Shown here: one piece after another, positions 10,826 through 24,730 of the stretch | Position numbering within the stretch: the first letter of the stretch is position 1 | Layout: each line of letters opens with the position of its first letter | Assembly (NCBI GenBank): GCA_002269645.1 | Contig: NIVC01000187.1 | Location: 8,178-72,177, forward strand | Reading direction: 5' to 3' | DNA: 64,000 nucleotides | Source: Macrostomum lignano | Taxonomy: Eukaryota | The notes under the pieces: generated by a model | What the model was told of the DNA's origin: nothing | Databases searched by the model: none | Seen by the model: the letters and a program-made list of their open reading frames with translations, nothing else | Translations under genes and position numbers: made by a program

Positions 10826-13800
10826 CCAATATGTTTACACAAAGAAGCGAGCCGAGTTCGGCCGCCAGTGCATCTTCAGCGATCGCCCAGCGGAGCTGCT
10901 GGTGGACATCGCGCCAAACCCGGACGCCTTGAAGGAGTTCGTCGAGCGCGACCCGGTTGACCGCGGCGTCCAAGTCGTCCAGGAGATGAGCGAGCACGAC
11001 GTCAACACCGAGCGGTTCGAGACTGACTCGCACGGTCTGAACCACGCCGAAGGCGGCTGGCCGAAGGACGTCAACGCGCAGGAGGTCGAGCAGGTCATTC
11101 GGTTTCGCAAGAAGGTCGAAAAAGACGAGATGTACATCAGCACTGTGCAGACTCTCGGCGGCCAGATGGAGCACTGCATCAAGCAGAACAATGCCATCGA
11201 CATCTACCAGGACTACTTCAGCGACGTAGAGATTCAGGCCTCCGAGGAGCCTCCGTCCGCCAAGACCATCAACGTGTTCAAGGACCCCTACAAGGACCGC
11301 GGCGTTGCCCACATCAGCTGGTACCCGGACGGGCCAACAAAGCTGGCCATCGCCTACTGCAACACCGACTTTCAACGGGCGCCGAAGGACACCTCCACCG
11401 AGTCCTACGTGTGGGACGTCATCAACCCGAACTCACCGGAGATGACGCTCAAGCCCGTGTCGCCGCTGGTTTGCCTCGAGTACAATCCGAAAGACGCGCA
11501 CATCCTGGTTGGCGGATGCTACAACGGCCAGGTGGCTTACTGGGACTGTCGGAAGGGCTCGCAACCGATTGAAACCAGCGAAGTGTCCACTGGGCATCGG
11601 GACCCGGTTTGGAAGGTGATCTGGAATCAGAGCAAAACTGGCACCGAGTGCTTCTCCGTGTCGACGGATGGGCAGGTGAGTGGCAGTCAAATACTCTAAA
11701 GACTTGACCTTCAATTGTTAGGCGCATATTCTTCTCTTTTTAGAGAAGAATAATCTCTTTTTCTTATCTCACAAATAGGTAGAGGAGTGAAGGATGAGGG
11801 GAGAGAAGGAAGAGGGGTGAAGGAAGAAGGAAGAGATTGGACAGGAAAGAGAGGGAGACGAAAGAGAAGAAGAGCGAGAGGAGAGAGAGAAGAGAGGGAG
11901 ACGAAAGAGAAGAAGAGCGAGAGGAGAGAGAGAAGAGAGGGAGACGAAAGAGAAGAAGAGCGAGAGGAGAGAGAGAAGAGAGGGAGACGAAAGAGAAGAA
12001 GAGCGAGAGGAGAGAGAGAAGAGAGGGAGACGAAAGAGAAGAAGAGCGAGAGGAGAGAGAGAAGAGAGGGAGACGAAAGAGAAGAAGAGCGAGAGGAGAG
12101 AGAGAAGAGAGGGAGACGAAAGAGAAGAAGAGCGAGAGGAGAGAGAGAAGAGAGGGAGACGAAAGAGAAGAAGAGCGAGAGGAGAGAGAGAAGAGAGGGA
12201 GACGAAAGAGAAGAAGAGCGAGAGGAGAGAGAGAAGAGAGGGAGACGAAAGAGAAGAAGAGCGAGAGGAGAGAGAGAAGAGATGGAGACGGAAGAGAAGA
12301 AGAGCGAGAGGAGAGAGAGAAGAGAGGGAGACGAAAGAGAAGAAGAGCGAGAGGAGAGAGAGAAGAGAGGGAGACGGAAGAGAAGAAGAGCGAGAGGAGA
12401 GAGAGAAGAGAGGGAGACGGAAGAGAAGAAGAGCGAGAGGAGAGAGGGAAGAGAGGGAGACGGAAGAGAAGAAGAGCGAGAGGAGAGAGGGAAGAGAAGA
12501 GTGAACAGGAAAGAGACGGAAACCTTGAGAGCGCCCGATTAATATTGTGAAATTTCAAAGGACCGGAGGGCCGAATCGTACATAAACGTGCCACCAAAAA
12601 TCAACTGAACCGCCGCAACACCTCAGGTGCTCTGGTGGGACATCCGGAAGTTCGCGGAGCCCATCGAGAAACTCTACCTGGATGCAACAAAGAAGCAGGA
12701 CGCCTCTCAGGCGCAGGGCGCCTACGTGCTGGAGTACGAGCCCACAATTCCAACAAAGTTCATGGCCGGCTCTGAGCAGGGTGCGATCTTCTCCTGCAAC
12801 AGGAAGGGCAAAACAGATGCTGATAAGATTGTAGCCGTCTACCCGGGTCACATCGGGCCTGTGTATGCGCTGCAGAGGAACCCGCAGTTCCCCAAGGTTT
12901 GCTGACGATTTGTTTTTGCGTTCAATATTGTCCTCCATTAAAGCCGCCTTGTCATCGCTTTTGGGCTGTCAGAGAAGCTTTAATTTGGGTGTCAGATGAG
13001 CCTCCATTTGGGTGTCAGATGAGCCTCAGTTTGGGTGTCAGATGAGCCACAGTTTGGGTGTCAGATGAGCCTCAATTTGGGTGTCAAATGAGCCTCAATT
13101 TGGGTGTCAAATGAGCCTCAATTTGGGTGTCAGATGAGCCTCAATTTGGGTGTCAGATGAGCCACAGTTTGGGTGTCAGATGAGCCATAATTTGGGTGTA
13201 AGATGAGTCTCAATTTGGGTGTCAGATGAGCCTCAATTTGGGTGTCAGATGAGCCTCAATTTGGGTGTCAGATGAGCCTCAATTTGGGTGTCAGATGAGC
13301 CACAGTTTGGGTGTCAGATGAGCCTCAATTTGGGTGTCAGATGAGCCACAGTTTGGGTGTCAGATGAGCCATAATTTGGGTGTAAGATGAGTCTCAATTT
13401 GGGTGTCAGATGAGCCTCAATTTGGGTGTCAGATGAGCCTCAATTTGAGTGTCAGATGAGCCACAGTTTGGGTGTCAGATGAGCCTCAATTTGGGTGTAA
13501 GATGAGTCTCAATTTGGGTGTCAGATGAGCCTCAATTTGGGTGTCAGATGAGCCTCAATTTGGGTGTCAGATGAGCCACAGTTTGGGTGTCAGATGAGCC
13601 ATAATTTGGGTGTAAGATGAGCCTCAATTTGGGTGTCAAATGAGCCTCAATTTGGGTGTCAGATGAGCCTCAATTTGGGTGTCAGATGAGCCACAGTTTG
13701 GGTGTCAGATGAGCCATAATTTGGGTGTAAGATGAGTCTCAATTTGGGTGTCAGATGAGCCTCAATTTGGGTGTCAGATGAGCCTCAATTTGGGTGTCAG

Positions 13801-16800
13801 ATGAGCCTCAGTTTGGGTGTCAGATAAGCCTCAATTTGAGTGTCAGATGAGCCACAGTTTGGGTGTCAGATGAGCCATAATTTGGGTGTCAGATGAGCCT
13901 CAATTTGGGTGTCAGATGAGCCATAATTTGGGTGTAAGATGAGTCTCAATTTGGGTGTCAGATGAGCCATAATTTGGGTGTAAGATGAGTCTCAATTTGG
14001 GTGTCAGATAAGCCTCAATTCGGGTGTCAGATGAGCCTCAATTCGGGTGTCAGATGAGCCTCAATTCGGGTGTCAGATGAGCCTCAATTCGGGTGTCAGA
14101 TGAGCCTCAATTCGGGTGTCAGATAAGCCTCAATTCGGGTGTCAGATAAGCCTCAATTCGGGTGTCAGATGAGCCTCAATTCGGGTGTCAGATGAGCCTC
14201 AATTCGGGTGTCAGATAAGCCTCAATTCGGGTGTCAGATGAGCCTCAATTCGGGTGTCAGATGAGCCTCAATTCGGGTGTCAGATGAGCCTCAATTCGGG
14301 TGTCAGATGAGCCTCAATTCGGGTGTCAGATGAGCCTCAATTCGGGTGTCAGATGAGTCACAATTCGGGTGTCAGATAAGCCTCAATTCGGGTGTCAGAT
14401 GAGCCTCAATTCGGGTGTCAGATGAGCCTCAATTCGGGTGTCAGATAAGCCACAATTCGGGTGTCAGATGAGCCTCAATTCGGGTGTCAGATAAGCCACA
14501 ATTCGGGTGTCAGATGAGCCTCAATTCGGGTGTCAGATAAGCCTCAATTCGGGTGTCAGATGAGCCTCAATTCGGGTGTCAGATGAGCCTCAATTCGGGT
14601 GTCAGATAAGCCTCAATTCGGGTGTCAGATGAGCCTCAATTCGGGTGTCAGATGAGCCTCAATTCGGGTGTCAGATGAGTCTCAATTCGGGTGTCAGATA
14701 AGCCTCAATTCGGGTGTCAGATAAGCCTCAATTCGGGTGTCAGATGAGCCTCAATTCGGGTGTCAGATAAGCCTCAATTCGGGTGTCAGATGAGCCTCAA
14801 TTCGGGTGTCAGATGAGCCTCAATTAGGGTGTCAGATAAGCCTCAATTCGGGTGTCAGATAGGCCACAATTTGGGAATAAGATGAGTGTCAATTTGGGTG
14901 TCAGATAAGCAACACTTGGGGTGTCAGATAGGCCACAATTTGGGTACCAAATGAGTCACAATTTGGGTGTCAGATGAGCTTCAATTTGGATGTTAGAGAA
15001 GCTGTGTAAGGACTTTCATATTCTCTGTTTCATGTAAATTTCCTGTCATTTTTATGGCATCGTCAACTGGCACAATTTCATGTCAGATCTTCATGTCAGT
15101 GGGCGACTGGACTACCCGGATCTGGTCAGAGGACATCAAGGAGAACGCCATCATTTGGACCAAGTATCACCAGAGCGGACTCACCGACGGCTGCTGGTCC
15201 ACCGTGCGGCCAGCCGTGTTCTTCACCTCCAAGACAGACGGCACCCTGGATGTCTGGGACCTGCTGTTCAAGCAGAACGACCCGACCCTCACTGTGCAGG
15301 TGAGCGATGAGCCGCTGCAGAGCCTCCGTCTGCAGGAGCACGGCCGGCTCATGGCCTGCGGCAGCCAGGGCGGAGTCGCCACCATTGTCGAGCTGTCCGA
15401 AGGCTTCTACGCGCAGAACCGCAACGAGCGCAACCTGGTGAACACCATCTTCGAGAGAGAGACTCGACGGGAGAAGATTCTGGAGGCGAGGCACAGGGAG
15501 ATGAAGCTCAAAGAGAAAAAGGGCGGAGGTGGAGTAAGTTGAAATCTGAAATACTTTGATATGCTTATGATTTATTAATCGTGTTTAAAGGCCTAGTTGT
15601 CAACTTCAGTCATTTTTTGGTCTTAATTGGTCTGTTTTTTTCGTTTTGCCAATGGGGTGCCCCTCGGTAGCGTATTGTATATGTACACTTTACATGTACA
15701 GCCTCTTCTACTGCTGCCTCTCTCTCCTTTCCCTCTCTCTCCTTCCCTCTCTCTCCTTTCCCTCTCTCTCCTTTCCCTCTCTCTCCTTTCCCTTTCTCTC
15801 CTTTCCCTCTCTCTCCTTTCCCTCTCTTTCCTTTCCTTCTCTCTCCTTTCCCTCTCTCTCCTTTCCTTCTCTCTCCTTTCCCTCTCTCTCCTTTCCTTCT
15901 CTCTCCTTTCCTTCTCTCTCCTTTCCCTCTCTCTCCTTTCCCTCTCTCTCCTTTCCCTCTCTCTCCTTTCCCTCTCTCTCCTTTCCCTCTCTCTCCTTTC
16001 CCTCTCTCTCCTTTCCCTCTCTCTCCTTTCCCTCTCTCTCCTTTCCCTCTCTCTCCTTTCCCTCTCTCTCCTTTCCCTCTCTCTCCTTTCCTTCTCTCTC
16101 CTTTCCCTCTCTCTCCTTTCCCTCTCTTTCCTTTCCCTCTCTCTCCTTTTCCTCTCTTTCCTTTCCCTCTCTCTCCTTTCCCTCTCTCTCCTTTCCCTCT
16201 CTCTCCTTTCCCTCTCTCTCCTTTCCCTCTCTCTCCTTTCCCTCTCTCTCCTTTCCCTCTCTCTCCTTTCCTTCTCTCTCCTTTCCCTCTCTCTTCTTTC
16301 CCTCTCTCACCTTTCCCTCTCTTTCCTTTCCCTCTCTCACCTTTCCCTCTCTTTCCTTTCCCTCTCTCTCCTTTTCCTCTCTTTCCTTTCCCTCTCTCTC
16401 CTTTTCCTCTCTCTCCTTTTCCTCTCTCTCCTTTTCCTCTCTCTCCTTTTCTTCTCTCTCCTTCCCCCTCTTTTCCTCATCTCTCACTCAGTCACCTACT
16501 CTTCTTCGAGCTATTTTCCACTGTACAATAATTTAACCGCTTTAAAAACAAAACTTTACTTACAGAGTGTGTCAGAGTCAAGTAGTTCGTCTCAATTAGC
16601 GCCCATTGAGTTTCATACGCTACGAAATTCGATAATTTGTATCCAATAAATTAAAATAAAAGACAAATGAGATTGCTGTCGTACCTGTGGATTTCTTGTA
16701 AAGTTCCGGATAGTGTACGCTTATTGCTTGGCATACTGGTAGTATCGATGCAAAGCAGATAAATTCTATTGTTTATTATGTGCATTTATCAAAAAAATTT

Positions 16801-18026
16801 GCATGCCTGTTTGCCATCATTGCCAGGTGAGGGTTCGTGTACATTCTATGCGGACCCGGGGAGAGAGAATGGGGTGAGGGTTCGTGTACATTCTATGCAA
16901 GGTGGGGAGAGAGAATGGGGTGAGGGTTGGTGTACATTGTATGCGGACCAGGGAGAGAGAATGGGGTGAGGGTTGGTGTACATTTTATGCGGACCGGGAA
17001 GAGAATGGGGTGAGGGTTCGTGTACATTCTATGCAAGGTGGGGAGAGAGAATGGGGTGAGGGTTGGTGTACATTGTATGCGGACCAGGGAGAGAGAATGG
17101 GGTGAGGGTTGGTGTACATTTTATGCGGACCGGGAAGAGAATGCGGTGAGAGTTGGTGTACATTCTGTGTGGACTAAGGAGAGGATTGGTGTGCATTACT
17201 CTGTGGTTTAACGTACTCTAAGCACGTGCAAATCGATCAAGTTCTAGAATTCCTGCTCATAAAGCCTTATCATAATCAAATTCTGCTCATTGATTCGCTT
17301 TCAAAGGATGATGAAGAGGAACACGGCGAGGAGCAAGGCGAAGATCTGATGGCCAAGGCCGAGCAGGACTTCTTCGCCGCCATCGAAAATGAGAAGAAGC
17401 TTCGCGAGCGTCGCAAGGAGGAGCGCGAGAACGCGATGCGGGAAGCTGAGTCCGCTGGGAACGAGGAGGAGCAGGGCGGAGAGGAGGAGAGACAGAATTT
17501 GGAGCGGGTGAGAAACTGCCTTGGAATGTGGGGCTGGTGTACACCTTGGAATGTGGGGCTGGTGTACACCTTGGAATTTGGAGCGGGTGAGAAACTGCCT
17601 TGGAATGTGGGGCTGGTGTACACCTTGGAATGTGGGGCTGGTGTACACCTTGGAATGTGGGGCTGGTGTACACCTTGGAATGTGGGGCTGGTGTACAAAT
17701 TTACGGTAACTTTTTAAGGGGGTTCGATGTAGCTTACTTACTCACAGTGCTTTAATTAGAGTTAAAAATGATTTTTTCACAGGTGGAGGAAGGTGGCGAA
17801 GAGGAGGCGGATAATTCGCCCAACGAGGAGCAAGCGGCCGCGGCGGCGGCCCCAGCCGAGGAGAAGGGCGAAACGGTGAGGCAATAAAGCTCTAAAAAAA
17901 CACATTTTCAAACTACTCTACTGAAAGTAGAAAAATGAGAATATGCTACTATTTTATATTTCCATTTGAAAATTTAATAAAACAAGTTTGCTTTGGATTT
18001 TTCAGGAGGGCAACGAGAAGGCGTGA
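10818..18026 (+). CDS. DNAI2: Dynein axonemal intermediate chain 2 (outer-arm IC2, WD40), ~629 aa; exons 10818-11675, 12627-12896, 15087-15533, 17307-17507, 17783-17875, 18006-18026
   Basis: The N-terminus [43 protein letters not shown] is the DNAI2 signature. WD repeats are continuous across phase-0 GT-AG junctions (STDGQ|[12 protein letters not shown]|IFMSVGDW). Acidic coiled-coil tail. The last two exons are less certain. Confidence 0.95.
11845..12505. repeat. 43-bp purine-rich tandem repeat in DNAI2 intron 1
   Basis: Unit GAGAGGGAGACGAAAGAGAAGAAGAGCGAGAGGAGAGAGAGAA. Confidence 0.93.
12982..14990. repeat. 23-bp tandem repeat (AATTTGGGTGTCAGATGAGCCTC)n in DNAI2 intron 2
   Basis: About 85 units, with a TTTGGG versus TTCGGG variant domain structure. 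Confidence 0.96.
15715..16470. repeat. 15-bp pyrimidine tandem repeat (CTCTCCTTTCCCTCT)n in DNAI2 intron 3
   Basis: Read directly. Confidence 0.95.
16826..17165. repeat. ~45-bp tandem repeat with a 136-bp higher-order period, DNAI2 intron 3
   Basis: GGGGTGAGGGTT(G/C)GTGTACATT..ATGC units. The 16884 and 17020 blocks repeat. Confidence 0.85.
17495..17698. repeat. 24-bp tandem repeat (CCTTGGAATGTGGGGCTGGTGTACA-type) including a duplicated exon 4 donor
   Basis: AATTTGGAGCGGGTGAGAAACTGCCTTGG occurs at both 17496 and 17575. Confidence 0.85.
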
Positions 18027-18479
18027 GCTGCAGGGATGACGGATGACTTCCTGGGGGAAAATTGACCGTAGGAAAATTGGGTTGTGAGCGTAAAGCTTTT
18101 CTATGACCTTTTTTCTGTATCTATACGAGTACATAATTGAATTCTGTATTGGCTGTTGTTCTTTTATATTATCAAAGCTATTCGAATTAAGCAGACAATG
18201 ATAACACAGTCTTCTATTGTGGCCTGTTTTTATCCCCAGAACTTTTTATGAAGGCCAAATGTTTTCTTGGTTCTGTTATTAATAATTATATTTTACTTGA
18301 AAACTGAGAGTGCGTTTGAAAAAAATATATAAATAAGATTAATCTATAATGATGTTACAGGGAGTTTTTTCAAGCATCGTGACTTCTACTATGGCAAATT
18401 AAACTTACATATTTTTATTTTGGCAATTTATAGTGCTTTTGACCTTTTACGGAAAAGTATTAATAAATTGCATTCATCA

Positions 18480-19412
18480 AGATCTACAGACATTAATATA
18501 CATCTAAGACTGCAGATATACAGACCAAATATAGAGCTTTAGATACATTGAGTACATATCTATAGACATTAGATATACTATCTGCAGATCTATAGACATT
18601 AGATATACTGTCTGCAGATCTATAGACATTAGATATACTGTCTGCAGATCTATAGACTGCAAGATCTATAGAATCTAGATACATAGTTGTATATATGTTG
18701 AGTACAGATCTATAGAAAGTTGATATTCATACTGCAGATCTATAGACATTAGATATACTGTCTGCAGATCTATAGACATTAGATATACTGTCTGCAGATC
18801 TATAGACATTAGATATACTGTCTGCAGATCTATAGACATTAGATATACTGTCTGCAGATCTATAGACATTAGATATACTGTCTGCAGATCTATAGACATT
18901 AGATATACTGTCTGCAGATCTATAGACAATAGATATACTGACAGCAGATCTAAAGACATTGGATATACTGACTGCAGATCTATAGACATTAGATATACTG
19001 TCTGCAGATCTATAGACATTAGATATACTGACTGCAGATCTATAGAATCTAGATATACTGTCTGCAGATCTATAGAATCTAGATATACTATCTGCAGATC
19101 TAGAGACATTAGATATACTGTCTGCAGATCTATAGACATTAGATATACAGTCTGCAGATCTATAGACATTAGATATGCTGTCTGCAGATCTATAGACATT
19201 AGATATACTGACTGCAGATCTATAGAATCTAGATATACTGTCTGCAGATCTATAGAATCTAGATATACTGTCTGCAGATCTATAGAATCTAGATATACTG
19301 TCTGCAGATCTATAGACATTAGATATACTGACAGCAGATCTAAAGACATTAGATATACTGTCTGCAGATCTATAGACACTAGATGTACTGTCTGCAGATC
19401 TATAGACAGTAG
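18480..19412. repeat. 30-bp tandem repeat (TGCAGATCTATAGACATTAGATATACTGTC)n
   Basis: Read directly, with degenerate edges. Confidence 0.95.
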
Positions 19413-20230
19413 ATCTAATTATCGCCAAGCCCCCAGTTACCTCCATCAACAAAATCTATGGATGGCCAAGATTCAAGACTCAAATATCAAGACCCTTGAG
19501 TACCCAATTAGATCTCAAAAGGTCTCGAAATCTCGATCAGCCTTCACAATCGAAGGACCAATCGGGAGCAGAATTGGACACCTTGCGAGCTTTGTCAAAT
19601 CTCATATCTCAAACTGCGGATGATGCGCTGTTTTTTTTAATCAGTCTCCGGTTTCTTAAGCTTCTAGTAGCAAAAAACTGCTGATCATATTTAAATATCC
19701 ATTAAAGAAAGATCCTCACTCAGTCTCCTATTACTCCGCATCAGGATGAGCTTGATTAAAAGGTTGCAAATTACTCTTCCCGAGTGAAAAAGCAGGGAGC
19801 TTTACAATTTTAAGGATTGTTCGATTTTGCTAATGAAAGCAAAGAAAACATCAGTTGTTGGTTTGCTCGTTGTGACGCCTTTTGAACCGGCAGTTTGAAA
19901 ATCAGCCATGGCCCACCAAGCCGATAACTGAGTTCTTCTCGATCGATTGTCATCGCTAATCCGATGGGAGATTTCACTCTCTCTCTCTCTCTCCTCCACA
20001 GTTGTAATTTTTCTTCTTCCTTCCTGCAGCGTCTCGCGCCTAGAAGAAAATCTTGGCAAGAAAGAGTCTGCAGTGTAGAAAATTCCCTACCGTGAGAAAA
20101 TCTGCTTGGGAAATCTCTTGGGTGCTTTAGGATTTGTAAGGAGATGCCTTGGGCAGTGGGAGCCTAGTATATATATTGTGTTCTGGCTGGTAAAGTTTTG
20201 GACTCTGGGATTCGTTTTTGCTTTTGCTGT

Positions 20231-21268
20231 TGACCCACCATTCTCCACTGATCCGCCCCTGACCCACCATTCTCCACTGATCCGCCCCTGACCTACCATT
20301 CTCCACTGATCCGCCCCTGACCCCCCATTCTCCACTGATCCGCCCCTGACCCATAGTTCTTCCCTGAATCGCCCCTTGACCCATAGTTCTTCCCTGATCC
20401 GCCCCTTGACCCATGATTCTTCCCTGATCCGCCCCTTGACCCACAATTATACCCTGATCAGCCCCTTGACCCATAGTTCTCTCCTGATCCGCCCCTGACC
20501 CACCATTCTCCCCTAATCCGCCCCTTGACCCACGATTCTCCACTGATCCGCCCCCTGACCCATGATTCTCCACTGATCCGCCCCTGACCCATGATTCTCC
20601 ACTGATCCGCATCCTGACCCACGATTCTCCACTGATCCGCATCCTAACCCACCATTCTCCACTGATCCGCCCCTGACCCACCATTCTCCACTGATCCGCC
20701 CATGACCCACGATTCTCTACTGATCCGCATCCTGACCCACGATTCTCCACTGATCCGCATCCTGACCCACGATTCTCCACTGATCCGCATCCTGACCCAC
20801 GATTCTCTACTGATCCGCATCCTGACCCACGATTCTCTACTGATCCGCCCCTGACCCACGATTCTCCACTGATCCGCATCCTAACCCACCATTCTCCACT
20901 GATCCGCCCCTGACCCACCATTCTCCACTGATCCGCCCATGACCTACGATTCTCTACTGATCCGCATCCTGACCCACGATTCTCCACTGATCCGCATCCT
21001 GACCCACGATTCTCCACTGATCCGCATCCTGACCCACGATTCTCCACTGATCCGCATCCTGACCCACGATTCTCCACTGATCCGCATCCTGACCTATGAT
21101 TCTCGACTGATCCGCCCCTTGACCCACGATTCTCCCCTGATCCGCCCCTTGACCCACGATTTTCCCCGGATCCGCCCTTTGACCCACGATTCTCCCCTGA
21201 TCCGCCCCTTGACCCACGATTTTCCCCTGATCCGCCCCTTGACCCACCATTCTCCCCTGATCCCCCCT
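20231..21268. repeat. ~29-30-bp tandem repeat (CCTGACCCACGATTCTCCACTGATCCGCAT)n
   Basis: Read directly. Confidence 0.95.
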
Positions 21269-22466
21269 CTGTCAAATCCTTTCCGATATTTCAATCCACT
21301 TCAATGAGTGCTTCCTAAACAACGCAGTTTTACTCCAAAAGGAAACGAATACTAAGAGCCAGAAATTCTTCCACAAAAGCGTCAACACTTGATCCGGACT
21401 TTCATTTTTTTAATTTAAAGTTTTTAAAATTCTTCTTTTTTTCTCTCTTTCTCTTTTGTCTTCTTTCAACTTGTCGACAAAAATTGATTGGCTCAGCTGT
21501 ATAGAGAACTTGCAGAACCGGCTAAATGCAGCTAGCTTAATATTAGATAGGATTTCTGAGCAGTAGCGATCTCAGATCATAGCTCGTAATAAGGACGAGA
21601 CTGCGCAGTGCAACGAAAGGCAGAAGTTGGGGCCGGAGGGAATACGGAAAGACATTGCAAAGGTCTGTGAAATTGTTGACACCTTTCTTTACTTTGTTCA
21701 AGTTTTGCTCTCCCGTCACCTTCAGGGTCTCCTTACTTCTTGCCGAGTACGCTCGTATAGGAGACAAGGGAAAGGAGTGGGAACAGAGGCGGTTGACTTG
21801 TCCCACTTCAAAGTTGGAGAAAAAAGAATCGCATTGAAAGGATTATTTCTTGGAAATGATAGGGGATTCACTGCAACAAGTGAGACTTGTTAGGGAGAGA
21901 GGTCAGGTAGCTCAACACTTCGCCCAACTGTTTAGCTTGAGTTCTCTTTGATAGCGCGTAGATTTCGAGGCTTAATTCCAAAATACTTTTTTTCAAAATG
22001 TCAGCATTGCCGAGGAAAGTCTGCACGCTCTGGCAACGCCCACGCTGGGTTAAGCCAGACAAGAGGTCCATTGGCTAACAGATGTGATTGGCTGTTGACC
22101 GTCTGGGGGAGCTGTCGACCCTCTGCCCCCTAGCCCTTCTCCACCCCCTAGGGAGCCGTCGAAAGAATCCGTCAGCTATTTCTGCCGACTTCGGTAACGG
22201 GGGGGGGGGACGGCTTCTTTCAAATTGCCGGACATGCGGCTCACTACGGCGGTAGATTAAAGAGTCGACAGGACACGACCGCAAAAAAATCGATGCTTGC
22301 ACCGAAAGACTGACTGCGCCTCTCCGCTTGATGAGTTGCTTAATTAAATTTGTTGAACTGGAAATTGTCAACAACAGAAAAGCGACAACAAAATTCGACC
22401 GTTGAGTCCTACTTCAGCCGAGATTGTTGAGAAGCTGCTCAAACTCTCAGTTTCAGTCCGGGGACC

Positions 22467-24679
22467 ATGACAGAAGTCAGTTCATTGATCATCGCAGCGG
22501 CGACCGCGTGTTTTCTGTCGCACGGTCTCGCCTTAATGTCGACGCCATCGTCTGACATCGACAAGGTGGTGCTGGACGGCGACATCTTCCTTGGCGGCCT
22601 GTTCCCGATTCACAGCAGCTCGAAGACTGGAGAATCCCGCTGTGGCCGAATCGACAGCCATCGCGGCATCCAACGAATGGAGGCGATGATCTTCACTTTG
22701 CAGGAAATTAACAACAACAGAAGCTTCTTGAACTACGGCAAGCACACCATCACCCTAGGCGGTCTGCTGTACGACACCTGCTCCAAGGAGACGTACGCTC
22801 TGGAGAAAGCGCTCGAATTCGTCAAAAACTCTCTGACGCACGAATACGACGGCGAGTTCGTCTGCGAGTATCCGAACGGCACGCAGCTGCCTGCGCTGCG
22901 GTCCAGCAGCCGGAAGCATTCCAAGAAGCCGATTCGAGGAGTAGTCGGCGGAGCCTACACCCAGGTGTCCGTTCAGGTGGCCAACCTGCTTCGCCTGTTC
23001 TCCATACCGCAGATCAGCTACGCCTCCACTTCGGCCACGCTTAGCGACAAAAATCGGTTCGAATTTTTTGCTCGAACGCTGCCGTCGGACACAGAGCAGG
23101 CCAAAGCTCTGGCTGACATTGTGAAACACTTCAACTGGACCTTTGTGTCAACCGTGTTTAGCAAAGGCGACTACGGAGAGGGAGGCATTCAGAGCTTCGA
23201 GACCGAGGTGGAAAAGTTGAGCGTCTGCATAGCCGAGCGACACCTCATCAAGCTGGAGCCGACCAAGGAGGAGCTGGACGCCATTGTAGCCAGGCTGCTC
23301 AGTCAGCTGCCACGCGCTCGGGTGGTCGTCATGTTCACCAGAGAGGATCACACCGAGAAGTTCCTCGACGCCGTTCGCCGGGCCAACGTCTCGCAAAATT
23401 TTGTGTGGATCTCCGCCGACGGCTGGGGCAAGAGCAGCCTACCAGTGATGAACAACTCCCGAGTCGCTGGCGGCGCCCTCACCTTGGAGATCTCTGCTGG
23501 GGAGATACCGAAGTTCGACAAGTACTACACTAGCCTGAACCACACCCAGGTGCGGCACTTTGGACCGGCCAACTACAGCTTCATCAACCCGTTCTTCGAC
23601 GAGTATTCTCGCGACTGCACCAGAGCTTCCAGCGTCCTGTCTAACGATTCGAATCTGCATTCGAATGTCTCCAGCCTAACGTCGGGACTGAACACCAAAC
23701 TGTGCCAGAAGTACAAGCAGGAGTCCAAAGTGCCATTTGTGTACGACGCTGTGTACACGTTCGCTCACGGGCTACGAAAGGTCCGAGACATGGTTTGCTC
23801 GGAACAGCCTGACAACGCCGACACCAAGGCATCCGGTTTGTTCGCCTCCTGCGTCAGGAACATCAGCAGCTTCCCGGGGAAAGAGTTCTACGAGCTGCTG
23901 ATTAGCGAGGAGAACTTCTTTGTCAGTGAGTGCCGGCTTAGGGGTGAAAGGATGATTGCTTGTGTGCCATCCGGGTTGCTGCTAGCCAAATGGACTCTAT
24001 TGCAAGTTAAGCAGAGTTTATTGTGGCTAGTACTCAACTGAATAGGTAGAAGCTCTTGATTGAGCTATAGCCTGCTAACTTGTCCCACACATACGCTCGT
24101 ACATGGAACCATTTAAAAGCGGTTCTCATCTATAAAAAATTGGCACCGCAACACTGAACAGTCTATCCACAGGTAAAAAAGTTGCTGCCCTTCTCTGTTC
24201 AACAAAAAATACCAACTTCTCCCTCGCACATCTACTCCATAGCTGAACCCTGGAGCCACGCGCTGCCACTGCTGGGGGGGGCAGAAAAAGGATGCTTAGT
24301 AGCTCCTTCTGCAAGCCAGAAGTTGTCTTGAAGTCCTGCTCAGGCGCACTAGAAGAGACGCTGCATGCTGGCGGGACGCTGAGGGGCGGAGCTGCATGGG
24401 CTGCCAGCAATGCTCAAACAATGGACTTCTTCTACTCTACTTGTCAGGAATGAAGTTGCTGCTAGAAAGAATTTTAGCAAAGTGCAATAGGTGTGAGCAT
24501 TACTGAGTGAAAATTGGGTGCTATTGGCTTCGCTCTGGGAAGGAGCCTTTCTGCTACGCTTTGGACTGGGAAGCAGGTAGGCTGGGCGTTACTTGGCATG
24601 TTTGAGCAGAACTTGAGCAATTTGAACACTTTGTCTGTTTTATTATGTCTTAGTGTCTGTCTTGGTGTCTGTCTGTCTA

Positions 24680-24730
<51 letters not shown>

